Assembly: GCF_020745735.1 (NCBI RefSeq)
Contig: NC_083415.1
Span: 31,610,964-31,674,963 of the forward strand
Source: Hemiscyllium ocellatum
Lineage: Eukaryota
DNA length: 64,000 nucleotides
Direction of reading: 5' to 3'
In this document: positions 24,840 to 36,439 of the stretch, piece after piece
How the letters are laid out: each line of letters starts with the position of its first letter
Position numbering within the stretch: position 1 is the first letter of the stretch
Notes under the pieces: generated by a model
Seen by the model: only the letters and a program-made list of their open reading frames with translations
What the model was told of the DNA's origin: nothing
Databases searched by the model: none
Position numbers and translations under genes: made by a program

Positions 24840-25005
24840 ATCTGTGGAGAGAAGTCAGGGTTAACATAATCGGTCCAGTGACCCTTTTTCAGAATGTTAC
24901 TCTGCTTTCTCTCCTCAGATGCTGCCAGACCTAATGAGTTTTTTTCAACAATTTCTGTTTTTATTTCTGATTTCCAGCATCCATGGTTCTTTGTCGTTTT
25001 TTACT
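24840..25005. mobile_element. Head-to-head PLE family D pLTR pair
   Basis: atctgtggagagaagtcagggttaac versus gttactctgctttctctcctcagat; same layout as 16222. Confidence 0.6.
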
Positions 25006-25012
25006 GCAGATA

Positions 25013-25198
25013 CAGGTTGTTCTGCTATAACACGATTGATGAATTGGGGACAGTGTTTTTAAAAAGGATACCTTTTAAAACATGTGTTGGCTGTGACACT
25101 ATTACATTGCCAAGACTTTAAGTGCTGTTTCTGAAGTGTAATTTTTCTATAATACAGAGTTGCACAAAAATGCAATCATCACATTATAAAACTACCTG
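25013..25198. mobile_element. Tc1/mariner-pogo (Tigger-like) MITE
   Basis: TA|caggttgttctgctataac ... cattataaaactacctg|TA: imperfect terminal inverted repeats (TIRs) with TA duplication. Confidence 0.7.
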
Positions 25199-25439
25199 TA
25201 GGCTGTGTTAAATATTTGTAGTACTAAGTGATCAGTTGAATTGGTCTATGGGTATATTTCACGTTGTCATTGAGGCTGTCATTAAATGAATACAAGATGT
25301 CCTGGACTAACATGCTAATTAAAATGACTCCTATTTCCTGTATTACTTCTTTGTTTTGTATTGTGAGTACAGAACAAAGGATTTAATTTTCCTTTAGTTT
25401 TGTGTTTATCAACAAATGCTATTGCTTTGAATAGTGTAT

Positions 25440-26520
25440 GTTCCTGCACACCAAAATTGCCCTTTTCTACCTATTTAGAATGTCGAGTCGCTCTCGCACA
25501 TTTGTGATGCTTGCTGTCCCCTTCAGCACATCCAAAATATACTTGCTCTTTTCCAGCTCACTCTGTAGTCCCAATATATCTTTCACCAGTCCTCTCATAC
25601 CAGGCTTTTCTACATTATTACTACCTCACTCACTGTTATGCCCAAAATTCTCAAGTTTGCTTCCTGACAATCTTTAAAACAGTCCTCAAAACTCTTAAAC
25701 TGTCCTTTTGATCATTTGTCCTAAAATAATTTCCTTCTTTTTGTGTAAATTTTAGTCTTGAATATGTACCTGTGAAACACCCACGTCCAACATTTGCTCT
25801 TTTACAGCTCCCTCTCTAGTGTCAATATATTTTGTACCATATATTTCACCTGTGTTCTGATACTAGGCTTTTCTGCATTGCTACCTCACTGTGTTGTACC
25901 AAGGACAATGGAATTTTCCATCCCCATCAGGAGTTTGAGTTTACTGATTCCATTTGCCCCATCCAAGTTCCCAGTCAGAAGCAGATTTGGATATTTTATT
26001 TGTTTGGAACCTTTAATTCCAACTGCATTCTCTCCAACACAAAGAACTCCGAATTGCATATAGCTCATCTCTGGCTAAACTGCACTAAGATTCCTGTCCC
26101 TGCTTTCTTAACTGCAGAATAAATTATTCCTTCACCTTTTGGTTTCCTGCCACCTTCTGTCTATTAATAAACTTATCAAAATTCTGTTGCTTACATCAAA
26201 GCCTTCCCAAGTCCCGTTCACCTACTTATGCCCTCTGATTGCTATTGATTCCCAGCCTCCCAATGATTTTTTTTCCCAATATTGTGTTAAGATTCATCCA
26301 TGTCCCAGAAATTCGGCATTCCTCTAACTGCCACCTCTTATGCATTCTGTGCTACTTTCCTTTTCCCTACTCAGTATCGCTAGCAGCAGTGCCTTTGACC
26401 ACTTATATCCAAAGATCTAGAGTTCGCTTCCTGACCCAGTCTTTAAAGTTCTCAAACTATCCTTTTGGTCACTAGTCCTAAAATAATTTCCTTCTGTTTT
26501 GTCTTGAATATAACTTGTCA
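25440..26520 (+). mobile_element. Old L2-like LINE 3' remnants (two similar 3' ends)
   Basis: CT-rich decayed sequence; repeated tcctttt(g/gg)tca..gtcctaaaataatttccttct at about 25700 and 26460. Confidence 0.4.
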
Positions 26521-26580
26521 TTGCCTCAGCCCTACTCTCCCTAAGTCCAAATTTTTGTTCATCCTTCTGCTTGCCAGCTC

Positions 26581-27361
26581 ATAGTCATAGAGATGTACAG
26601 CATGGAAACAAACCCTTCGGTCCAACCCGTCCATGCCGACCAGATATCCTAACCCAATCTAGTCCCACCTGCCAGCACCCCGGCCAATATCCCTCCAAAC
26701 CCTTCCTATTCATATACCCATCTAAATGCCTCTTAAATGTTGCAATTCTACCAGCCTCCACCGCTTCCTCTGACAGCTCATTCCATACATATGCCACCCT
26801 TCTGTGTGAAACAGTTGCCCCTTAGGTCTCTTTTATATCTTTCCCCTCTCACCCTAAACCTATGCCCTCTAGCTCTAGACTCCCCGACCCCAGGGAAAAG
26901 ACTTTGTCTATTTACCCTATCCATGCCCCTCATAATTTTGTAAATCTCTATAAGGTCACCCCTCAGTCTCCGAAGCTCCAGGGAAAACCATCCCAACCTA
27001 TTCAGCCTCTCTAGAGATCAAATCCTCCAACCCTGGCAACATCCTTGTAAATCTTTTCTGAACCCTTTCAAGTTTCACAATATCTTTCTGATAGGAAAGA
27101 GACCAGAATTGCACGCAATATTCCAACAGTGGCCTAACCAATGTCCTGTACAGCCGCAACATAACCTCCCAACTCTTGTACTCAATACTCTGACCCATAA
27201 AAGAAAGCATACCAAACGCCACCTTCACTATCCTATCTACCTGTGACTCCACTTTCAAGGAGCTATGAAGCTGCACTCCAAGGTCTCTTTGTTCAGCAAT
27301 ACTCCCTAGGACCTTACCATTAAGTGTATAAGTCCTGCTAAGATTTGCTTTCCCAAAATGC
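26581..27361 (-). mobile_element. Young CR1 LINE 3' 0.8 kb
   Basis: ORFs 26998-27276, 26778-26996 and 26585-26797; nearly identical to 60797-61571. Confidence 0.92.
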
Positions 27362-27850
27362 TATTTCTCTTCTACAAATATATGGGGACATAACTTACAA
27401 ACATCTCATTTACTTTGTCTAAGTTAGTAGCAATCCTGGCTGTTGTATATAACATTAATATATATAGATTTTCATTTCAAGGCTTTGTTATACTTTATCC
27501 TATACTGCTAAAGTTTTGAGGAGAAAAGCATTTGACTTACTGAAAATTAGGCCTTTCCTTCGTACATGTTTATCAGTTATAAACTTTTTCATATCTTAAT
27601 GTGTGTTGCAGTAGCACTTACTTCTGATTAGCTTCAATACTAACTTTCAATCACAAGATTTCCAAAGTAATTGCTTACTTTTGCAAGCTGAGGAAGTTGT
27701 TACTGCAAGATGCAGTCTTTAATCTTTACATGTGCCTGAGAAGCTCTGAAATTTGTGATAATGAGTATCCGAGCTGCTGGTCGTGTAAAATTTCAGCCCT
27801 GATTGATCTCAGTTATAAAGCAAACTTTGTTTTTATAACTTAATGTCAGG

Positions 27851-28313
27851 TAGGTGACCAGATGCCCTGATAGTAGGGACAGTCACAGATTTTCATTAAA
27901 TATTCCAGTGTCCTAACGGATTCCAAAATGTCGCTTGTGTTGTGGTTTTAATCTTTTCCATCTTTGTCAAATATAAACTGAGTTGGTCACGGGGTAGTAG
28001 GATATGAGATTTTGTCCTTCTTCCTATAAGCACTTATCATGTATTGTACTCTATTCCCTCTACCCCTCCAATGTCGCCAAAGGGGTTATCCCTACCATTT
28101 TGTCAATGACAGCACCATTGTTAATGACTCCTTAAAGTGATGTATTGGGTAAGTTTGCCAACCCTCACTGGACACTCTCCAAGAGATTTCATCACATGAT
28201 CTCCCACCTTCAACTGACCCGTTTCTTAAAATTATCTTAATTTTGGAGCTCCACCTCACAGTAGCTTTTCAAGATGTGTACATTTTGACTTTTTTGGAAA
28301 TATAGTCACCCTA
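27851..28313. mobile_element. hAT (Blackjack-like) non-autonomous DNA transposon remnant
   Basis: taggtgaccagat ... atatagtcacccta termini resembling AGGGTGACCA TIRs; TSD not recognisable. Confidence 0.5.
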
Positions 28314-28559
28314 ATATAGTTAATCTCATAGTATAAACTCCCTTTCAAGATTAAAAATGCATAGTATATTAAACTTAGCTATATAGACTAGGAAGGTCTA
28401 TGTATGGATTCCCAGATTGTGTTGATAATATGATCTCACTAACAGTAAGAAGTGCTGAGTTAACTTTAAAATTATCCAGAGTTGCCCTTTTGTATTCAGT
28501 GGGCCCTGATGGACTATGTGTGTGTATATATTAAAAACATTGGTTTTGATAGCCTGTGA

Positions 28560-29228
28560 AAAGATATAAATTAGAAGCAAGATTAAGCCATTCAGTCTCT
28601 CGCGACTGACTGCCACCATTCAGTAAGCTGATGGCTGCTCTGATTACTGCATGTTCCCACCTACTTTGATTAACATAACAACCCCTGCGTTACAAAGTAC
28701 ATATCTACTTTTGCCTTAAAATATTGAAATACACTTCTTGCGCCACCTTTTGAGAAAGAGAGTTGAAAGGCAATCAACCTTCTGTGAGAAAAATATTCTC
28801 CCGATCTATGTCTTAACTGAGTGATGACTTAATAGAGTCATAGAGATGTACAGCACGGAAACAAACCCTCGGTCCAACCCATCCATGCCGACCAGATATC
28901 TCAACCCAATCTAGTCCCACCTGCCAGCACCCGGCCCATATCCCTCCAAACCCTTCCTATTCATATACCCATCCAAATGCTTCTTACATGTTGCAATTGT
29001 ACCAGCCTCCACCGCTTCCTCTGGCAGCTCATTTCATACACGTACCACCCTCTGTGTGAAACAGTTGCCCCTTAGGTCTCTTTTATATCTTTCCCCTCTC
29101 ACCCTAAACCTATGCCTTCTAGTTCAGGACTCCCCGACCCCAGGGAAAAGACTTTGTCTATCCTATCCATGCCCCTCATAAATTTGTAAACTTCTATAAA
29201 GTCACCCCTCAGCCTCCGATGCTCCATA
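28560..29228 (-). mobile_element. Old CR1 3' end with a young CR1 3' end (28832-29228) adjoining or nested
   Basis: agagtcatagagatgtacagc tail; matches the 26581 family. Confidence 0.85.
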
Positions 29229-29420
29229 GAGAGTTGCCATTTTCTCAGAGGACCATAGGGTTGCTCTTCCATTAGTGGGTGACAATCTGCGGTGGTTGAA
29301 TTTCATTATTGCTTTAGGCGAGGGGTAAGGTTGAGAGGACCTTCATGTTGGCCTCAGTCAGTACAGAAATTGTCAGTATCACTGCATTACAAACCAGCTA
29401 TCCAGACAACTGAGCAACAC
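29229..29420 (-). mobile_element. tRNA-derived SINE, third family
   Basis: Reverse-complement similarity to 48895-49105. Confidence 0.5.
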
Positions 29421-29952
29421 ACATGCAAAGCATTTATTCACCAACCACTCAACTTCACAACTTTCCCATGTCAGTTTTTCTTCAATGCCATGTTCCCCTA
29501 AGGCTGCAACAGACAGATGCCTCATGCTCGTTTGTCTGCAAGGAAAAGGATGGCCTTGATGCTGGCCCTCCAGTAATTCTTTATCCTAGGTTTATTGGTT
29601 CCCTTTCATATCCTTCTGTGCCTCCTAACTCTCTGTTCTGTCTGCAAAGTAAATGAAAGCCCCAAGTTGGGGCCTCAATTTATTATCTTTCCCTCGTTTT
29701 AATGATTCTCTTCCTGGTATGCCTTAGCATCCTTCTGCCTGAAAAGTCATGTGGTTGATTGGCCTGCTATCACTCACTGCCTGTGGTCTCACGTGAAACG
29801 TAACTGTTTGCATGAGGTATAGACATGGCTGGTGCATGTGGAAGAGAAAAGGAGGAGGTAAAATTTTACTAAAAACATATAATGAAAGACTTTTGAGAAT
29901 AATGGATTTTAGAGGAGACTTTACAGTGCTGGAACTAATTGTGTCTGACTAG

Positions 29953-30086
29953 ATACTCCCATGGAGAGGTGGTAGCTGTGTCTGAACTACGTGAATTTGA
30001 AGAACTGGACCTAAGTCCACTTGAGGTGGGGTCAGCCTGTTTAGCGAAATATGAAGATGAGATTTGGTACCCAGCTAAAATCCTAG
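29953..30086 (+). CDS. ZGPAT: ZGPAT coding exon 2 (134 bp; end of CCCH finger, start of Tudor-like domain)
   Basis: (R)YSHGEVVAVSELREFEELDLSPLEVGSACLAKYEDEIWYPAKIL; ctag acceptor and G|GTAAGT donor; phases 2/1 fit. Confidence 0.95.
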
Positions 30087-30244
30087 GTAAGTACAACGTA
30101 CTTACATTTCCTGACTGATTTCATCTAATGTAATTTACCTGCTGGGAAAACAAAAAATAATATTCTTGTGTTACTACACGATCCACCATTAAAATACATG
30201 CATGGTCACACACCCACATATATATTATACCTCTGTGCAGATTT

Positions 30245-30534
30245 TTTTAATATAGATATTTTTATTGGGAATTTAACATTTTGACAAATTTACAAAAATA
30301 AGCAGAATTTTCAAGCACAAACATTAATATAAAAATAGATCTTAAATATATAATCATCAAAATTCAACTAATCCACAATCATCCAGAGTGTATAGTTGAG
30401 TCGCTTACATCCTTCAAATAAGAGAAAATGTTCTCTAATACACTCATAACAGTATGATAAAAAGGAAGCTATTTCCAAACAATCAGAACAAACAAAAAAA
30501 AATTAAACATGTTTGAATGGAGATCTTCCCCCTT
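30245..30534 (-). mobile_element. Retroposed A-tailed 3' fragment (L1/Tx1-like)
   Basis: 14-bp TSD ctctgtgcagattt at 30231-30244 and 30535-30548; - strand AATAAA followed by an A-rich end. Confidence 0.65.
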
Positions 30535-31103
30535 CTCTGTGCAGATTTGATATTGAACTACAGTATTTCACAAGTCATAATGAAAGTATTCCTGGATTGA
30601 AAGTAAAGATTCTTTGAATGAGTTGGTTTTCAATAAAACACTTCTGTTTAAAAGTTTTTTGTCTTTTCAAACTGTCCATGTTTACTCTTTGGAGGCCTCT
30701 TGCTTTTTTTGCTCCACAGCATTCCGCCCCCCCCCCCCCCCGCCCCACCCCCACCCCCGGAACAAAAAACCTCCTTCACCTGAGACAGTCACCCCATTTC
30801 TAGCTTCACTCAACAGCTCCTCATGAATTATGCCTTGCCTCCGGCTGCAAAATATATTAAAACATAGATTACTATTCAGCCTACTTTTATCTCCAAGCTT
30901 CAACTTTATTGAATGCAATTAGTTTTTTAAATGGCCGGACAGAGGTTAGGTGAGAGATGAAAATGTGGCAATAGAGATTATCCAAATCACAAAGATAGAA
31001 TGAGGCAAGGAGTCAACATGAGCAACTCATGTAATTTTAGAAGTTTTTGAGAAATTCATATGTAAAAACTTGTTTAATCATGGAAATGGTTTCTGTCTTT
31101 CAG

Positions 31104-31253
31104 ATATTGACAATGGTTATTTTACAGTAAAATTTGATTCCTTGCTTCAAAAGGAGATTGTAGTGGAGGGAGATGGGATCATGCCAATACCTCAGGCTGA
31201 TGAGTCTTCCTCATCTAGCTCTGAGGATGAAGGAGAGCTTGGTTATGCAAAAG
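31104..31253 (+). CDS. ZGPAT: ZGPAT coding exon 3 (150 bp)
   Basis: (D)IDNGYFTVKFDSLLQKEIVVEGDGIMPIPQADESSSSSSEDEGELGYAK; ctttcag acceptor and G|GTAAGT donor. Confidence 0.96.
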
Positions 31254-31272
31254 GTAAGTACTTTTGTTTTTG

Positions 31273-31460
31273 ATAGAATCCCTACAGTGTGGAAACAGGC
31301 CATTCAGCCCAATGAGTCCACACTAATTCTCTGAAGAGCATCCCACCCAGACTTATCCCCCTACCCTATTCTCTAACCTTGCTAACACACCTAACCAACA
31401 CATCCCTGAACACGATGGATAATGTAGCTGACCAACCCAGCTGAAGTGCACATCTTTGGG
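31273..31460 (-). mobile_element. HE1-like SINE 3' half
   Basis: cagtgtggaaacaggcc tail and cacatctttgg. Confidence 0.7.
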
Positions 31461-31563
31461 CCAGGAAACCTGTGAAATGGGTTTCAGTTTTCTTTGCAAA
31501 ATCCACAAAAGACTAGATTTTCTAATGGAGGATGTTACGGGGAGCTGTGCCATGTAGCAGGTT

Positions 31564-31697
31564 AAAATCTTCGAGTAAAAAATGAGGTCTGCAGATGCTG
31601 GAGATCACAGCTGCAAATGTGTTGCTGGTCAAAGCACAGCAGGTTAGGCAGCATCTCAGGAATAGAGAATTCGACGTTTCGAGCATAAGCCCTTCAT
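31564..31697 (-). mobile_element. Short PLE family A (subfamily 2) pLTR insertion
   Basis: Perfect 14-bp TSD ccatgtagcaggtt at 31550-31563 and 31698-31711; - strand begins GATGAAGGGCTTATGCTCGAAACGTC. Confidence 0.88.
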
Positions 31698-33079
31698 CCA
31701 TGTAGCAGGTTGTCAATTTGTTAGTTAACAAAGCGATTACTGGTGTAAACTTGTTCTTTGGTCAGGGAGAGGGAACTAGCAAGAATTTAAGGGCTGTGAA
31801 AGAGTCAACGTGGCTGTGGGAAGGAATCATTGGAGTGAGCCTTAATACTGAAGATCTATTTTGGGTCTTTCTAAGACTGTGGGAAAGGAACTTTGGATAT
31901 GGGTGCTGCAGTTCTTGAAACAGGAAGACATGAATCTGTCGGAACCTAACAGTGACAGATATTCTATAAAGTCCTATGGAAAGTGTGTTGTGAAGTATAA
32001 ATGTGGCATTGGATTTTGGGGAGTGGTACTCTGTGTTTGATACCTTTGCTGAGATACAAAATTAACATTGATGATCACTTAAGCAATTTTTGTATTTTAT
32101 GCAGTAGTCCCAAATTTAATTTAATAGTTCCTTTATTCCAGTCTTTGCATACAGGCGTAGTCCAGAGAACAAGAAAAAACATTGTTAGTAAAGAAATCAT
32201 TAACTTTTTCCATAAAACAAATATTATTTTTACTTCTTGTTTAAATAATGACCTTAACTGGTAAAATATTTTTAAAAATATTCTTTGATGTAATCATGTT
32301 AAAGATGATTATCTTTTCTGTAGTTTCAAGTTATGGTTGCCTACTTAGTAATGTTTAGTCTGTATATTGCTTTTAGTTTATTTGCAGCAAAAGTATTTAG
32401 AATTGAAACTTTTCATGAGTTTCCTTTAAGTTGGCCGTTGGGAAGTCAGATAGCTTTTTAAACTTCAATAATTGTAACAAAGTTCTGCTACTGTATAAGG
32501 AAGTACACTGGCAGCAGACTGCTACATTAGTACGTTTAGATTTATCCAGCAGCTGAGCAAACTAAGCCCTTTGTATTCAACTAAATGCACATTCATTGCT
32601 GAGTAACTACACTGGCTTGTGAGTTAGCTTGTTGGCTACTTACTTTCAAAGTAATAATGTTTGGATCCTGTTGATCCACTATCCATTACAGTCACTAGGT
32701 TTATATAAAAAAAGAGTCTGCTAACACTACCATTTTATTTGTGTTCAAATTATTAGAAGGAGTCATGAATGAATCTCTTGACTAGAAATAATTTTCATTG
32801 ATTAGTGGTTTGATGTTAACATGTATTGACATGCAACCTATTGCAATTATGTACTAAAATAAATCTGAGGAGATGAGCTAGAAAACTATATATATGATTT
32901 ATGGGGCCTATTTTCATGTTCGCTGAATGACAATATGGCAGAGTTTATCCGTTCTTGATAGAATCTGCAGGATTTCACTGAAATTAGTTCTATGATTTCT
33001 GTTTAAAGAATGAACGATAAAACTAATCTTACATAATGCATAAAACAGGTTTTATAAATGTCAGGAGATCCTTCTGTTA

Positions 33080-33353
33080 GATGATGTTACCTTGTATGGT
33101 GATGAATTGTCTGAAAACAAACTTTCCAGGTCAGCGAGCAAACCTGCATCCAGAACATTAACCTGAGCTACAAATCTTCTCCAAACTTGCTAACACCTAT
33201 GGGAGCAATCCACTAAAACTGGCCCGAAGATGGGAAACCAACGCCATCCGACAGAGTGCCACCCGCGCAGAGCTCACTGATATGTAACCTAGTATGGTGA
33301 CAAAATATCTGAAAACAAACCTTCCACTCAGTGAGCAAACTTGCATCCAGATT
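33080..33353 (+). mobile_element. PLE family B: two tandem pLTR copies around a short ORF-start remnant
   Basis: Direct repeats gatgatgttacc..ctgaaaacaaac..gagcaaacctgcatccaga at 33080 and about 33277; the spacer reads YGSNPLKLARRWETNAIR. Confidence 0.7.
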
Positions 33354-34169
33354 CCTGTCGATAGTAGACAGGCAGAAGGCTGGAAGAACACAGCAAGCCA
33401 GGCAACATCAGGAGATGGAGAAGTCTAGGCAATGAATGCAAGATTAACTCTCACGTCACTATTTAAATCTCTAAATTTTGTCATTTTTGCAACCAAATAC
33501 TGAATTATTTTTGGTAAATTGATTTTCATGAAGAAACACTTTACCTATATGTGTCAATCAATGTCCCTGCAGATTTGACTAAGCGTTTTGCCAAACAAAG
33601 TTTATCCTAAATATAACGATAATGGTAGATTTTAAGAATAATTAACAGTGTTGTCTTCCAACATTTTGATTTTGATTTTAAAATTTGAATTGAAATTTCT
33701 CCAGAGCCTCTTCTGGTCCCATCTCTGCATAATTCTTCAGCCTTAAATCTTAGTTTTTGTTTTGCTGTTTCAGTCCCATTGCTTCCCTTTCTTGCCTGTT
33801 TTTCACAGCATTTTTGCAGAAAATCAGAATTGTCACAGTGCAGAAGGAGGCCTTTTGGCCCATTCTATCTGCAGTAGCACTTGGTGAATTGTCACATACC
33901 ATGTTTCAGAATTTTCAAGAACTGTCTTTTTAAAATAAATTTCATCCTCCAAGATTTACTGTAAACATATCACTTCAGCTGTGGTTTCATTCACTTCTGC
34001 TATTTTGTTGCAAGCTTCCTGTTTGCTGCATGCACTTCTTCCTGTGGAATTACTGGTGGTATATTGCTATTTATATCAATATATGTTATCTTGATTAAAT
34101 ATCTTAAGGTCACAAAAATAATTTAAAGGTGTAATGAAACCACTCCTATTTTATATTTTGATATCACAG

Positions 34170-34301
34170 TTTTGGATGAAAAGTCTGTGTCATGGGGAAA
34201 TTGGAGTCCAGCTTGCAGCTCTTCATTTGCTGGTTGGGAAGCTCATACTCGGGGGATAGGATCTAAATTAATGGTTAAACTGGGTTACGAATTTGGAAAA
34301 G
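34170..34301 (+). CDS. ZGPAT: ZGPAT coding exon 4 (132 bp; start of G-patch)
   Basis: (V)LDEKSVSWGNWSPACSSSFAGWEAHTRGIGSKLMVKLGYEFGK; tcacag acceptor and G|GTAAGA donor. Confidence 0.96.
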
Positions 34302-34592
34302 GTAAGAATTTATTAACTTGCCTTACTGCGTTGCTCTCAAATGGTGACCTTCTGTTTGAAAACTGCCATGTGTTTGATAGCTTTGTTGAGATACAAAATG
34401 AACACTGGTGATTATAACTGAAGCAATTTTCTATTATGTGTAACAATCCCAAATTTATCTTACTATTTCCTGTACTCCAGTCTTTGGATATTGGTGTAGT
34501 CTTGAAAACGAGGAAGATATTGTTAGTAAAGAAATCATTAATTTTTTTTGAAAAACAAATATTGATATTTATCATTGAGAAGCTATCACTCT

Positions 34593-35232
34593 TGTTCTGG
34601 ACCAGGCCAGACCCCTTAAAACATTTCAAGAAGGTAGCCCAGACCCTAACTTTTCTACTTGTTTTAAGCAGGTGTAAAGTGAATATTCCAGGAGTGACGC
34701 AGCTGGTCAAACCACTCTGTTTTAGCAAAACAATTCATTTATAGGTTTTTAAATGAAACATGAACAAAAGAGAACATAATATAGGATAACTTAACCTATC
34801 TGAAAACTCAACAGACTCTTATTGCAACTTAAGGATGCTGCTCCAATTTCCTGTTATGTCCCCATAAATATACCTCTTGGCAAAAAAGTAAATTCAAACA
34901 CAGGTTCTCACAAAGAGAGATGTCAAAGAGAGAATCAGCACAAAGCCTCTTTCAGCGTAACTGTTTCTGTGGGTCCCCAGCACTTTCTAACTGCTAAACT
35001 AAACCAAACTAAAGAAATCCCCTAACTGGAAGAGCTGGCCACTCCCCTTTCATTGTGCAAGTGTTTTAAAGAAAACATAAAAGCCCTTTTCCCTGATTGT
35101 TGCCTGAGGAGTATCTGTTAGCCATGATCAAAGTGGCCTAACCCTGACAAATAGTTACCTCTGCCTTTTACAACCCCCTTTGGAGAAAAAAAAGGGACAA
35201 CGTAACCTTGTTAAAGGAGCAGCATCGTCGCA
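34593..35232 (-). mobile_element. Probable solo LTR
   Basis: TG..CA termini; both ends match the termini of 53810-54782 in reverse orientation. Confidence 0.6.
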
Positions 35233-35269
35233 CATAAACTGGTAACATTTTTCAAGTTTTTTCTTTGAG

Positions 35270-35635
35270 TGTATGTAGGTGAATTAGCAATTCTTGCCTA
35301 TCCCTAATTACTCTTCAAAACCTGGTGATGACCCATTTTTGAAGCACTGGAATCCATATGACGTAGCTTTTCACAGTGCAGTTGGGAAGTAAGATCCAGG
35401 ATATTGACACAGTGGTAGTGAAGGAACAGTGATATTGTTCCAAGTCAGCCTAGTGTATGCCCATGAGGAAAACTTACAGGTGATGGTCTCTCTGCATATA
35501 TTGCTGTTGTCCTTCTAGGCCATAGAGATTTCAGGTTTGGAAGCGGCTTTTGAAGGAGCCTTGATGGGTTGCTGCATAGCAGCTTGTAGGTAGTACACAT
35601 TGCTGCCTCTGTGTTACTGATGGACACCGTGCATG
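35270..35635 (-). mobile_element. Old LINE 3' fragment (clade unassigned); same family as 51530-52200
   Basis: Shared gtccttctagg..ggtttggaag..gttgctgca..cttgtag..cacactgctgcc blocks. Confidence 0.55.
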
Positions 35636-35669
35636 TTTGAACTGATTTGGAGGGCATGCTCTCTTTTAG

Positions 35670-36093
35670 GTTTGGGGAAGAATGCTGATGGTCGAGTGGA
35701 GCCTGTACAAGCAGTGGTTTTACCTCCGGGAAAATCCCTGGATCAATGTGCTGAAATCCTGCAAAAAAAGCGGGAAGGAAAACTGAACCATCTGCACAAA
35801 AAGAAGCACAAGCGGAAAAGCGAAGGAGGCTCCCATGTTGTTAAAGAAAGAAAACCTTGTCAGACTGTATTTGACTTTTTGAATGACAAACTTCAAAGTA
35901 CTGGACAGACTAGCAGTTCACCAATTCCGACTGGATTCCCCATGAGAGAAAAAAGTAGCAAAGAACGTTATAGGGGTACTAAAAGCACAAAGAAAGCTCT
36001 AAATATCCATCTTTTTCAAATAACAGAGAAGATTGAACATACAGAAAAAGACATTGCAAAAATTATGGAGGCACTTGCAAGAAATGTTGGAAG
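35670..36093 (+). CDS. ZGPAT: ZGPAT coding exon 5 (424 bp)
   Basis: (G)LGKNADGRVEPVQAVVLPPGKSLDQCAE..VFDFLNDKL..EALARNVG(R); cttttag acceptor and AG|GTATCT donor. Confidence 0.95.
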
Positions 36094-36439
36094 GTATCTT
36101 ATGTACTGCTTTGTTTACAGTTTTGGGCTTAATTCAGTTCATGGGCCTGATTTTGATTAGTTGCAGTATTGTGTATAATAGTAGATGGTTACCCATAAAT
36201 CCCATTTGAAGTACACCTACACCTCCACTCCACCTTCCATTTCCATTCCATAATCATCTGCTCACTGTGTGACGTAGGGAGTAAGTTTCATACATGCTAC
36301 TTCGAGAGTAACACAAGAATGGTTCATCATTGTAAGAACTCTCATAACTTTTCTCCATTAAAAATGCAAGCTAGTCCCTAAGAAGGGATAGTGAGAATTA
36401 CCCCCTTGATGTTTTGTTCTTGGCTGAACTTCAAATTCT

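Noticed and set aside
25670-26520. Local direct repeat of about 80 bp (25700 versus 26460)
   Set aside because: Best explained as two 3' ends of an old L2-like LINE
29919-29952. Alternative acceptor ctttacag 26 nt upstream of ZGPAT exon 2
   Set aside because: It would shift the frame; the downstream AG restores the conserved R-Y-S-H-G of the CCCH finger; no evidence of use
30725-30760. Poly-C tract with G-quadruplex potential on the - strand
   Set aside because: Simple low-complexity run with no supporting context
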